Source: Candidatus Marinacidobacterium sp. (lineage in GTDB: Bacteria; Acidobacteriota; Vicinamibacteria; Marinacidobacterales; Marinacidobacteraceae). Taken from it: a stretch of 64,000 nt of DNA. The notes under the pieces were generated by a model, which searched no databases, had not been told where the DNA came from, and was given only the letters and a program-made list of their open reading frames with translations. The DNA lies in contig OZ244852.1 in assembly GCA_965220965.1 (NCBI GenBank), forward strand, positions 2,528,001-2,592,000, given 5' to 3'. Below are positions 18,248 to 27,289 of the stretch, piece by piece (position 1 is the first letter of the stretch; each line of letters begins with the position of its first letter). Both the position numbers and the translations under genes were made by a program.

Positions 18248-21200
18248 CTGCCCGCCACCGTCCCCCTTCCGCCCATCGAAGCCACCCTGACCCCGTCGGG
18301 CCGGCTGCATGTCTGGTCGGCGTCCGCCCCGGTCACCGACATCGAGCGCTGGGTCGGCGACCGGATCGGAGACCGCTGGTCGACGAATGGACACGAGGTC
18401 GCCGACAGGATCCGGTTTGGCGGGGGCGTCACCGCGGGGCTTGCGCTGACGCCCTTCGAGGCGGCGCGCGTCCTCGCCGCGGCGCCGGTTCCTGGCGCCG
18501 GGGGGACTGACTGCGCGCCGTCGCTCCGCTTCTGGGCGCTCGCGACGGTCTTCCTGCTCGAGCTCCTCAAGCGCGGGCGCTTCCGTCCGGTGCTGAGCCG
18601 GCGGGGGCCGCGCACCGCGACCCGCTGGCAAGTCGACCTGGAGTCTCATCGCACCGAGCTCGACGCGCTCTGCCTCGCCGCGCCGCCGCAAGCTCTCGCC
18701 GCAGGCGCGAGGCTCGGCCTGGAGCCGGCCATCCGCCGGTTCCTCTCCGCCGTCGGAGACGGCGTGATCCGCGACGCCGGCCGCCGGCTTGGCTGGCCGA
18801 CGACGCCCGCATCCGACGCAGCCCCGGGGGCTGTCATCGAGCGGGTTCTGGACGACCTGTTCGCCGGGGCGTCCCGGGGGTTCCCGAGCCCCGGCCCGAA
18901 CGCGCACCGCCGAGTTCAGGCGGCGATTTCATCGAGGGGTTCCGACCCGGTGGCGTTCGCTTTCGGCTCGAAGCGACTGGCGCTGACGTTGACGCCCCCG
19001 GAAGCCGCCGATGACGGCGATGCTCCGGCCGACGAGGCCTGGACGATCCGTTTCGGGCTGGTGGAGTCGGCGGGAGAGCGCGGCGCGGAGTCTGGACCGG
19101 TCGAGCCCGCGCCCGACGCCCGCCCCGCCCCGCTCACCGAGGTGTGGCGCGCCTCGGAAGCCGGAGAGAACATCCAGCGCTTCGGAGTGGCTCATCCCGC
19201 CATCCCGGTCCTTGCGTGCCTGGGACGGGCGGCGCGGATCGCCCCGATCCTGGAACGCGGGCTCGCGTGTCCGGCTCCGGAGGAAGTGAGCATCTCGATC
19301 GCCGAGGCGTTCGAGTTCCTCCACGAGAGCCGGCCGGCGCTCCTGCGGGAGGGGTTCGACGTCCGGGTTCCGAAGGCGCTGGCGAAGCGGAATCGGCGAC
19401 GCCCGACCCTCCAGCTCACCATCCGGCCGGCCCGACCCGCCGACGCCGCCCGCGAGCCGGACCGGGACGCTCCGGGCGAGGCGCCGCGCCCCGCCCCGGA
19501 ATCGGGTGGAGGGGACCGGCTCGGGCTCGATGCGCTCGTGGACTACAGCTGGCGGGTCGCGATCGGAGACCAGACCTGGAGCCTCGACGATTTCCGGCGG
19601 CTGACCAGGGGCAAGCGCAGGCTGATCCGGTCCGGCGCGGACTGGGTCGAGGTGGATCGGGACGCGGTGCACCGCCTGTTCAACGAAGCGGCCCGTCGAC
19701 GCGCCCACGTCGGAAAGACCCCGGTCCTGCGGGATGCGCTGCGGGAGCGGCTGCGCCTCGCCGGACGCCCCGCCGATCTCTTCGAGGAGGACGAGGGCGC
19801 GGTGCTCTCCCGGATCGAAGGCAAGGACTGGATCGGCAGCCTGTTCCGCGCGCTCGAGACCGGAGCGGAGCGCCTCGGGCCCCTCGATCCACCGAGGGGC
19901 CTGAGGACCGAGCTGCGCCCCTACCAGCGGGTCGGTTACGCCTGGCTGCGGTTGCTGGCGGACCACGGTCTCGGCGGCTGCCTCGCCGATGACATGGGCC
20001 TCGGCAAGACCTGCCAGGCGCTGACGTTCCTGCTGGGGGAACAGGAGGCCGGTCGGCTCAACCGGCCCTGGCTGCTCGTCTGTCCCAACTCCATCATCGC
20101 GAATTGGCGGAAGGAAACCGAGCGCTTCGCTCCTTCGCTGCGTCTGCATGTCCGGCAGGGCTCGGGCCGGGTCCGGTCCGCCGGGTTCCGGGAGTCGGTC
20201 GCGCGCAGCGACCTGGTGGTCTGTTCCTTCGGCATCGTCCACCGGGACCTCGAGGAGCTGCAGGCGGTGGAATGGGGCGGGATCGTGGTCGACGAGGCCC
20301 AGAACCTGAAGAACCCGGGCGCGAAGCAGACCCGGGCGGTGCGGCGGCTGGACGCCCCGGTCCGCTTCGCCCTGACCGGGACGCCGCTGGAGAACCGGCT
20401 GACCGATCTGTGGTCCATCATGGAGGTTCTGAACCCGGGTCTGCTCGGGCCCCAGCGGACGTTCCGTCGCGCGTTCGCCTCGGCGGTCGAGGGGAACGGA
20501 GACCCGGAGGCCACCGCGCAGCTCCGTCGGCTCATCCGCCCGTTCCTGCTGCGACGACTCAAGACGGATCCGCGAGTGCTTCGGGATCTCCCCGAGAAGC
20601 ACCAGACCCGGGTCTACTGCAACCTGACCCCCGAACAGGCGTCGCTCTACCAGGCGGCCGTCGACCAGTGCCTCGAGCGCATCGGCAGGAGCAGCGACTT
20701 CGTCCGTCGGGGGGAGATCCTGCGCACGCTGACCCGCCTCAAGCAGATCTGCAACCATCCGGAGAACTTCCTCCGGAGCGGCGGTCCGCTTCAGGGCCGG
20801 TCCGGCAAGCTGACGCGGCTCGAGGAGATCCTCTCCGAGGTGCGGCAGCAGGGGGAGCGGGCGCTGGTGTTCACCCAGTTCGCCGAGATGGCGAGGCTCC
20901 TCGCCCCCTACCTGAGCGCGGTCCTCGGCGTCGAGGTCCCGGTGCTCCACGGCGCGATCCCGGTCGGGGACCGCGACGCGATCGTGACGCGCTTCCAGGA
21001 GGGGAAGGACGCCCCCCCGCTTCTCGTGCTTTCGCTGCGGACCGGCGGCTACGGCCTCAACCTGACGCGGGCCAGCCACGTCATCCACTACGACCGCTGG
21101 TGGAATCCGGCGGTCGAGAACCAGGCGACCGACCGGGCCTTCCGCATCGGCCAGCAGCGCCGGGTGCTGGTCCACAAGTTCCTCTGCACCGGGACCCTCG

Positions 21201-21343
21201 AGGAGCGGATCGCGGACCTCCTCCGGCGCAAGTCCGCCCTTGCCGAGTCCGTGATCGGGACCGGCGAGGGATGGCTCGCCTCGCTGTCGGTGGACGCGCT
21301 CCGGGATGTTCTCGTGCTCGGGTCGGACGCGGTGACGCCGTGA
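18248..21343 (+). CDS. SNF2-family DEAD/DEAH helicase with DUF3670-type N-terminal region
   Basis: 'LADDMGLGKT', 'DEAQ', 'TGTPLEN', 'RWWNPAVENQATDRAFRIGQ'; frame open upstream of GTG 18590 with 'SLRFW...LLKRGR'; start at CTG 18248 is inferred. Confidence 0.88.
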   Translation: MPATVPLPPIEATLTPSGRLHVWSASAPVTDIERWVGDRIGDRWSTNGHEVADRIRFGGGVTAGLALTPFEAARVLAAAPVPGAGGTDCAPSLRFWALATVFLLELLKRGRFRPVLSRRGPRTATRWQVDLESHRTELDALCLAAPPQALAAGARLGLEPAIRRFLSAVGDGVIRDAGRRLGWPTTPASDAAPGAVIERVLDDLFAGASRGFPSPGPNAHRRVQAAISSRGSDPVAFAFGSKRLALTLTPPEAADDGDAPADEAWTIRFGLVESAGERGAESGPVEPAPDARPAPLTEVWRASEAGENIQRFGVAHPAIPVLACLGRAARIAPILERGLACPAPEEVSISIAEAFEFLHESRPALLREGFDVRVPKALAKRNRRRPTLQLTIRPARPADAAREPDRDAPGEAPRPAPESGGGDRLGLDALVDYSWRVAIGDQTWSLDDFRRLTRGKRRLIRSGADWVEVDRDAVHRLFNEAARRRAHVGKTPVLRDALRERLRLAGRPADLFEEDEGAVLSRIEGKDWIGSLFRALETGAERLGPLDPPRGLRTELRPYQRVGYAWLRLLADHGLGGCLADDMGLGKTCQALTFLLGEQEAGRLNRPWLLVCPNSIIANWRKETERFAPSLRLHVRQGSGRVRSAGFRESVARSDLVVCSFGIVHRDLEELQAVEWGGIVVDEAQNLKNPGAKQTRAVRRLDAPVRFALTGTPLENRLTDLWSIMEVLNPGLLGPQRTFRRAFASAVEGNGDPEATAQLRRLIRPFLLRRLKTDPRVLRDLPEKHQTRVYCNLTPEQASLYQAAVDQCLERIGRSSDFVRRGEILRTLTRLKQICNHPENFLRSGGPLQGRSGKLTRLEEILSEVRQQGERALVFTQFAEMARLLAPYLSAVLGVEVPVLHGAIPVGDRDAIVTRFQEGKDAPPLLVLSLRTGGYGLNLTRASHVIHYDRWWNPAVENQATDRAFRIGQQRRVLVHKFLCTGTLEERIADLLRRKSALAESVIGTGEGWLASLSVDALRDVLVLGSDAVTP

Positions 21344-22215
21344 GGGGAAGCCTCGCGGCCGACCCGCGGACCGCCTGGTGGGCCGCCGACTTCCTGCGGC
21401 TGGCGCCGGGCGCCGCCGAGGCGGCGCCGCGAGGGTCGGTCGCCGTGGCGCCGGGGGAGGCGACCGCTCTGGTGGACGGACGGGGATTTCGTCCGAGAGA
21501 GGTGAGCTTTCGGACTCCGCCGCTGAGCGATCGCCACTGGGCGTCGTTCTGCCGGGTGTTCCGGAGGAAGGCGCTCTACCCGGCGGCGCTCCGCGCGGGA
21601 TACCTGCCGCGCTCCGCGCGGGCGGAGCTGGCGCGCGCCGGCGTCCGGCTGGTCCCCGCGCCCTCGAGGGTCCGGGCCGAGCCCGGCGACGCTCCGCCGG
21701 ATCTGCTCGCCGCCGCCTGCCGGCTGGTCGCGGGGCGCTTCGCCGAGGACCCCCTCGAGCTGCTTGTCTTTCGGGGCGCCGATCCCGCAGCGCTCCTCGA
21801 CGAGACCTCCCGGCCGTGGCGCGCCGCCGGCTCCCGGAACGGTCCGGCCCTCCCGCTGGGCGAGCTGCGGCGGATCCTCGACCAGAGCGCCGGGCCGGAG
21901 GATCTGGCCGGCTCCCTGCTGGGTTCCGTCCGGGCCTCCGAGGCCTTCCGGGCGGATCCGGTGCTCCGCGGCAGCCTCACCCGGCTCTACACCAAGGTCG
22001 CCGAACGCGCCGCCGCGGTCGGCCAGCGGGCCGGCGGCTCAGTAGCCGGGCGGGGCGCGGCGCTCGGCGGCGCGGATCGTGTCGCGGCGGGCGAGGTAGT
22101 AGGCCAGGGCGAGGCCGATGCCGAAGAGCAGCCCCATCGCGTGAGCCCGGTAGCTGACCTGCGGCTCGATCGAGGTCGGGACCAGCACGATCAGAAAGAC
22201 CCCGGTGGCGCGTAG
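21340..22215 (+). CDS. SWIM-domain-like partner of SNF2 helicase lacking zinc ligands
   Basis: GTGA overlap with helicase stop; 'WW', 'W...AAL.AG.LP', 'DPLELLVFRG' match the SNF2-linked SWIM family; 3' end overlaps the convergent rhomboid gene. Confidence 0.7.
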   Translation: MRGSLAADPRTAWWAADFLRLAPGAAEAAPRGSVAVAPGEATALVDGRGFRPREVSFRTPPLSDRHWASFCRVFRRKALYPAALRAGYLPRSARAELARAGVRLVPAPSRVRAEPGDAPPDLLAAACRLVAGRFAEDPLELLVFRGADPAALLDETSRPWRAAGSRNGPALPLGELRRILDQSAGPEDLAGSLLGSVRASEAFRADPVLRGSLTRLYTKVAERAAAVGQRAGGSVAGRGAALGGADRVAAGEVVGQGEADAEEQPHRVSPVADLRLDRGRDQHDQKDPGGA

Positions 22216-23058
22216 CAGGCGCTTCGGGATCGAAAGCCGCCGCTCGACCAGCACGTAGAGCGTCAGCCACGTCCCGGCGAGCAGGTAGAGGAGTCCCGAG
22301 GCTCCGACCACCCGGATGTTCGGCGGATAGCCCTCGAGCGTGGCCGCCAGCGAGAGCGCGGCCGCCGGGACGGTGGCCCACGGGAAGAGGCTCGGTCCGA
22401 ACGCTCCGTAGCTGAAGTAGATGAGCCAGGTCAGGAAGAGGGCGTTCGACAGGAAGTGGATGGCGTCGGCGTGCGCCGCCATCGCGGTGAAGAGGCGCCA
22501 CACCTCCCCCCGGCCGAAGACCGTCTCGCCGCTCGCCGGCAGGCTCTCCGCGATCTCGCGCGGCCCCCACCAGTAGAGCGCGCTTCCGAAGGCCAGGACC
22601 ACAAGCGTCCCGACGACGGCCGTCACCGATCCCGGTCGGGGCTTCTTCGACAGCAGCGTCTCCACGACCGGCAGGTCGTTCCATCCCCCCGGCGCGTCCG
22701 CGTAGGCGCCCGCCTCGAAACCCGGCTCATCCCACCGCGCGTCCCTGTCGGCGCCCTCCCGCTCGAAGTCCGAACCGCCCGTCTGGGTGAATTCGTCCTC
22801 GTCGAACTCTTCCTCGTCGGCCGTCAGCCACTCGCCTTCCTCCTCGTCGGCGTACTCGTACTCGGGCTCCTCGCCGAAGAGCGCCCCGCGGTCGTCCCAC
22901 TCGCCCGGGAGCTCGACGACCGGCCCGTCGTCGTCGACGGGTCCCCGCGTGTCCTCGCGCCTCCCGGGCCATTCGTCCGCCGGCCGGGCGCCGTCCGTCC
23001 CGGCGGGCCCGGAGGACGGGGCGCCGAGCCGCCGGCGGAGTCTTCGGATCCAGCTCAT
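22039..23058 (-). CDS. rhomboid intramembrane serine protease with acidic N-terminal extension
   Basis: 'WRLFTAM..H....HFLSN', catalytic 'GASG', 'SYRAHAMG'. Confidence 0.87.
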   Translation of the reverse strand: MSWIRRLRRRLGAPSSGPAGTDGARPADEWPGRREDTRGPVDDDGPVVELPGEWDDRGALFGEEPEYEYADEEEGEWLTADEEEFDEDEFTQTGGSDFEREGADRDARWDEPGFEAGAYADAPGGWNDLPVVETLLSKKPRPGSVTAVVGTLVVLAFGSALYWWGPREIAESLPASGETVFGRGEVWRLFTAMAAHADAIHFLSNALFLTWLIYFSYGAFGPSLFPWATVPAAALSLAATLEGYPPNIRVVGASGLLYLLAGTWLTLYVLVERRLSIPKRLLRATGVFLIVLVPTSIEPQVSYRAHAMGLLFGIGLALAYYLARRDTIRAAERRAPPGY

Positions 23059-23130
23059 CGGGAGAGGGGTATTCTGCGCGCCGCCCGTCCGCGACCCACC
23101 GAAAAGAACCGACCCGAAGGAAAGGACCGC

Positions 23131-24342
23131 ATGCCCCATCGCATCGCCCTCGCGTATTCCGGAGGCCTGGACACGTCCTGCGCCATTCCCTGGCTCCGGG
23201 AGCAATACGAGGCCGAAGTCCTCGCCGTGATCGCCGATGTGGGCCAGGACGAGGACCTCGAAGCGGCCTCGGCGAAGGCGTTGGCCTCGGGCGCCTCGGA
23301 GGTGTTCGTGGAGGACCTTCGGGACGAGTTCGTCCGCGACTACGTGTTCCCGGCGGTCCGCGCCGCGGCGGTCTACGAGGGGCGCTATCTGCTCGGGACC
23401 TCGCTCGCCCGGCCGGTCATCGCGAAGCGTCAGGTGGAGATCGCGCTTCGGGAGGGCGCCGACGCGGTGGCGCACGGCTGCACCGGCAAGGGGAACGATC
23501 AGGTCCGCTTCGAGCTCGCCTTCCACGCTCTCGCGCCCGAACTCGAGGTCATCGCTCCCTGGCGGATGTGGGACATCCGGTCCCGCGAGGACGCCCTCGC
23601 CTATGCCGCCCGCCACGGCGTTCCGGTGGAGCAGACCCGGAGCGACCTCTACAGCCGCGACCGGAATCTGTTTCACCTGAGCCACGAAGGAGAGGACCTC
23701 GAAGACCCCTGGAACGCCCCTCCGAAGGACCTGTTCCGGATCAGCGAGGACCCGGAGGACATCGGGCGCTCCGCCGAGACGGTCGACGTGTCCTTCGAAT
23801 CCGGCATCCCGGTCGCGGTGGACGGCCAGGCGCTCGGCCCGGCCGCGCTGCTGTCCGAACTGAACCGGCGCGGCGGCGCCCACGGCGTCGGCCGGGTGGA
23901 CATCGTCGAGAACCGCCTCGTCGGGATGAAGTCCCGGGGCGTCTACGAGACCCCCGGCGGCGCGATCCTCCACGAGGCCCGGGAAGCGCTCGCCAGCATC
24001 TGCCTCGACCGCGCCACCGCGCACTTCGCCGCCGGCGTCTCGCTTCGCTACGCCGAGCTGGTCTACGACGGGAAGTGGTTCTCCGCGCTCCGCGAGGCGC
24101 TCGACGCCTTTTTCGCCGAAGTCCACCGGAACACCACCGGGGACGCGCGGGTCCGGCTCCACCGGGGGACCGCGCAGGCGGTCGGCCGGCGCAGCCCGAA
24201 GAGCCTCTACCGCGAGGACTTCGCCACCTTCGGGGAGGACGAGGTCTACCGGCAGGCTGACGCCGAGGGCTTCATCCGCCTCTTCGGGCTGCCGGAGCGG
24301 ATCCGCCGCATGACCCGCGGGAAGCCGGACGGCGGATCGTGA
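23131..24342 (+). CDS. argG: argininosuccinate synthase
   Basis: 'LAYSGGLDTS', 'HGCTGKGNDQVRFE', 'ENRLVGMKSRGVYETP'. Confidence 0.97.
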   Translation: MPHRIALAYSGGLDTSCAIPWLREQYEAEVLAVIADVGQDEDLEAASAKALASGASEVFVEDLRDEFVRDYVFPAVRAAAVYEGRYLLGTSLARPVIAKRQVEIALREGADAVAHGCTGKGNDQVRFELAFHALAPELEVIAPWRMWDIRSREDALAYAARHGVPVEQTRSDLYSRDRNLFHLSHEGEDLEDPWNAPPKDLFRISEDPEDIGRSAETVDVSFESGIPVAVDGQALGPAALLSELNRRGGAHGVGRVDIVENRLVGMKSRGVYETPGGAILHEAREALASICLDRATAHFAAGVSLRYAELVYDGKWFSALREALDAFFAEVHRNTTGDARVRLHRGTAQAVGRRSPKSLYREDFATFGEDEVYRQADAEGFIRLFGLPERIRRMTRGKPDGGS

Positions 24343-25703
24343 AGCTCTGGGGCGGGCGCTTCGCGGCGCCTCCCGCCGACGCTCTCGACCGTCTCGGCAA
24401 GTCGATCCATTTCGACCGGAGGCTCCACGCCGAGGAGGTGCGGGTCAACCGCGCCTACGCCCGGGCGCTCGCCGCCGCCGGCGTCCTCACCGAGGCCGAG
24501 CGCGACCGGATCGTGGGCGGCCTCGAGCGCGTCGGCGCCGCCCTCGCCGCCGATCCGCCGCCGCCCCTCGATGACGAGGACATCCACACCGCGGTGGAGC
24601 GGATGCTCGCCAACGAAATCGGCGAGCTGGCCAGGAAGCTCCCGACCGGGCGAAGCCGCAACGACCTCTCGCAGTCCGGGTTCCGGCTCTACCTCGCCGA
24701 GGGGATCCCCGGGGTCGTCGAAGCGGTGGACGGGCTCCGGGCCGCCTTGCTGGATCGCGCCGGCGAGACGGTCGAGACGCTGGTTCCGGGCTACACCCAT
24801 CTGCAGCGCGCCCAACCGGTGGTCTTTGCGCAGTTGCTGCTGTCGCACTTCTGGCCGCTGACGCGCGACCGGGACCGCCTGCTCGCCGCCGCCGGGCGCG
24901 CCGCGGCGTCCCCGATGGGCGCGGGCGCCCTCGCCGGCAATCCCTACCCGGTGGATCGCCGCGCGATCGCGGCCGACCTCGGGCTTCCGGGCGTTCTCGA
25001 GAACAGCGTGGACGCGGTGGGAACCCGGGACTACGCGCTCGAGTTCCTCGCCGCCGGCGCGATCCTCGGCGTCCATCTCTCGCGGCTGGCCGAGGACATC
25101 GTCCTGTGGTCCTCCGCCGAGTTCGGGTTCGTCCGGCTCGACGACGCCTGGTCGACCGGCTCCAGCCTCATGCCGCAGAAGCGGAACCCCGACGGCTTCG
25201 AACTCATCCGGGGAAAGACCGGCCGCCTGGTGGGGAACCTGGTGGCGCTGCTGACGGTCGGCAAGGGCCTGTCGTCCGGCTACCAGCGGGATCTCCAGGA
25301 GGACAAGGAGCCCTGCTTCGACACGCTGGACACCCTGAACCAGGCGCTCCCGGTCGCCGCCGGCGCGGTCGCCACCATGCGGATCCGGGAGGACCGGATG
25401 CGCGCGGCGCTCTCGTGGGACCTGCTCGCGACGGACCTCGCCGAATACCTGGTGGCCCGCGGCCTGGCGTTCCGCGACGCCCACGAGGTCGCCGGCCGGG
25501 TCTTCGCCCATTGTGAGCGGGAGCAACTGGATCCGCCGGACCTGTCGCTCGCCGACCTGCGGGCGTTCTCCCCCGCCTTTGACGGGGAAGTCGCCGGCGT
25601 CTGGGACTACCGGGCCTCGGCCGCCCGGCGCGCCGTCACCGGCGGAACGGCCCCCGACGCGGTGCGCGAGCAGATCCGGACGGCCCGCCAGACGCTGACC
25701 TGA
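24339..25703 (+). CDS. argH: argininosuccinate lyase
   Basis: 'LWGGRF', 'GRSRND', 'GYTHLQRAQP', 'GSSLMPQKRNPD'; GTGA overlap with argG. Confidence 0.96.
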   Translation: MKLWGGRFAAPPADALDRLGKSIHFDRRLHAEEVRVNRAYARALAAAGVLTEAERDRIVGGLERVGAALAADPPPPLDDEDIHTAVERMLANEIGELARKLPTGRSRNDLSQSGFRLYLAEGIPGVVEAVDGLRAALLDRAGETVETLVPGYTHLQRAQPVVFAQLLLSHFWPLTRDRDRLLAAAGRAAASPMGAGALAGNPYPVDRRAIAADLGLPGVLENSVDAVGTRDYALEFLAAGAILGVHLSRLAEDIVLWSSAEFGFVRLDDAWSTGSSLMPQKRNPDGFELIRGKTGRLVGNLVALLTVGKGLSSGYQRDLQEDKEPCFDTLDTLNQALPVAAGAVATMRIREDRMRAALSWDLLATDLAEYLVARGLAFRDAHEVAGRVFAHCEREQLDPPDLSLADLRAFSPAFDGEVAGVWDYRASAARRAVTGGTAPDAVREQIRTARQTLT

Positions 25704-25707
25704 GTCT

Positions 25708-27009
25708 TCAGCGGCGCGCCAGCGCGGCGAGCGCCGCCTCCAGCCGGCGCTCCGCCGCCCCGTCTCCGCGGAAACGCTCCAGAGCGCGCCGCAGCACCCG
25801 CTCGGCGTCCGGGCGACTCCCGCCCTCGGCGAACACCCGGGCGAGCAGGATGTGCCGCTCGAAGTCGTCCGGGAACTCGACGAGGAACCGCTGGGCCCCC
25901 CGCAGCGCGAGCGGCAGGTCCCCGTGGCGCAGCGCGTGGAGCACGAAGGCGGAGGCCGGACGGAATACCTCGGGCCGATGCTCCGCCTCACCAAGGAGCC
26001 GCGCCGATTCGTCGGCGAACGCGCTCCGCCGTTCGAACTCGGCGAAGAGCGGCGCCGCCCCCTCCTGATCTCCCCGGCGGGCGAGCAGCCGGGCCAGCGC
26101 GATCCGGGCCTCGTTGAGCGCCGGATCCGCCGCCAGGGCGCGGCGGAGCGCCGTTTCGGCCTCGTCGCCGCGCCCCGCGTCGCGCAGCGCCCGGCCGAGG
26201 CCCAGCCACGCCTCGGCATTCGTCGGCGCCTCCGCCACCACCGCCTCGAAGATCGGGAGCGCCTCCGCGCCGCTCCCCTGTCGCACCAGGATGCCGGCCA
26301 GCCGGAACGCCGCCGGTCCCGCCGGGCCGGTCTCCTCCATGAGCCGCCGCAGGTCGCTCTCCGCTTCGCCGCCGCGCCCCACGCTGTCGAGCAGTTCGGC
26401 GCGCAGCAGCCTGCCCCCCCGGTGCCCCGGGTCCACACTCAGGAGCGACTCGGTCAGGACGAAGGCTTCCTCGGTGCGCAACATGCGGGCGAGCGTGACC
26501 GCCCGTCCGTGGATCGCCGCCGGGTGCTCCCGGTGGCGTCCGAAGCGCTCGAGCGCCCGCTGATGGGATCGGAACTCCGCGAAGAGTCGGCCCGCTTCGA
26601 TATCGGCTTCGGGTCGCGGCGCTTCGCCGGCGTCCGGCGGGGCGCGGTCGAAGGCCTCGAGGGCGTCGAGCGGCCTCAGCGCCCGCCGGAGAAGGACGCC
26701 GGTCGCGATCCAGCCGTCGGACCCCAGGCGCGGCGCCGCCACCTCGATGGCCTCGGCCAGTTCGGGAGCGGGACCCGCTTCCCGGGCCAGCCGCCAGAGA
26801 ACGCGCCGGCCTTCCTCGGAGCCGGGATCCTCCTCGAAGGCTTCCGCGAGCGGAGCGAGCGCCGCGACCGCCCGACCCTCCGACAGCAACCGCTCCGCCC
26901 GCGCCGCCGGCGTCTCCGCCGAGGCGGCGAGAGCGCCCATCAGCAGGCTGGCCAGGACCAGCGCCCCGGCGCGCCGGCTACAACGGTTTGGATCGCGCGT
27001 CCGGTCCAT
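25708..27009 (-). CDS. secreted tetratricopeptide repeat protein
   Basis: Signal peptide followed by multiple TPR-like motifs ('AEAWLGLGRALRDAGRGDEAETALRRALAADP'). Confidence 0.78.
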   Translation of the reverse strand: MDRTRDPNRCSRRAGALVLASLLMGALAASAETPAARAERLLSEGRAVAALAPLAEAFEEDPGSEEGRRVLWRLAREAGPAPELAEAIEVAAPRLGSDGWIATGVLLRRALRPLDALEAFDRAPPDAGEAPRPEADIEAGRLFAEFRSHQRALERFGRHREHPAAIHGRAVTLARMLRTEEAFVLTESLLSVDPGHRGGRLLRAELLDSVGRGGEAESDLRRLMEETGPAGPAAFRLAGILVRQGSGAEALPIFEAVVAEAPTNAEAWLGLGRALRDAGRGDEAETALRRALAADPALNEARIALARLLARRGDQEGAAPLFAEFERRSAFADESARLLGEAEHRPEVFRPASAFVLHALRHGDLPLALRGAQRFLVEFPDDFERHILLARVFAEGGSRPDAERVLRRALERFRGDGAAERRLEAALAALARR

Positions 27010-27289
27010 CGGAGCCCCGGATCGGGAGACTCCGAAGACTCGTGCTGTCCCCCAACTAAACTGTTGACACAAGGCGCGATATCGCCGACCAGCGAAAGCG
27101 CCCATTGCGGGGAATGGTCCTTGCGTGGTACACATCCGGCGTTTCATGCCCAATTTCCAGACCGATCGCGTGGAACCGAGGCGTCCTCACGGGGCGACGC
27201 TCTTCGGTGACGCACATTCTCTCCGGGAGCCGTCAACGGCCGTTCCGGATGTTCGGTGTCCTGATTCTCGTCTCGTGAGGAGGTTCTTC

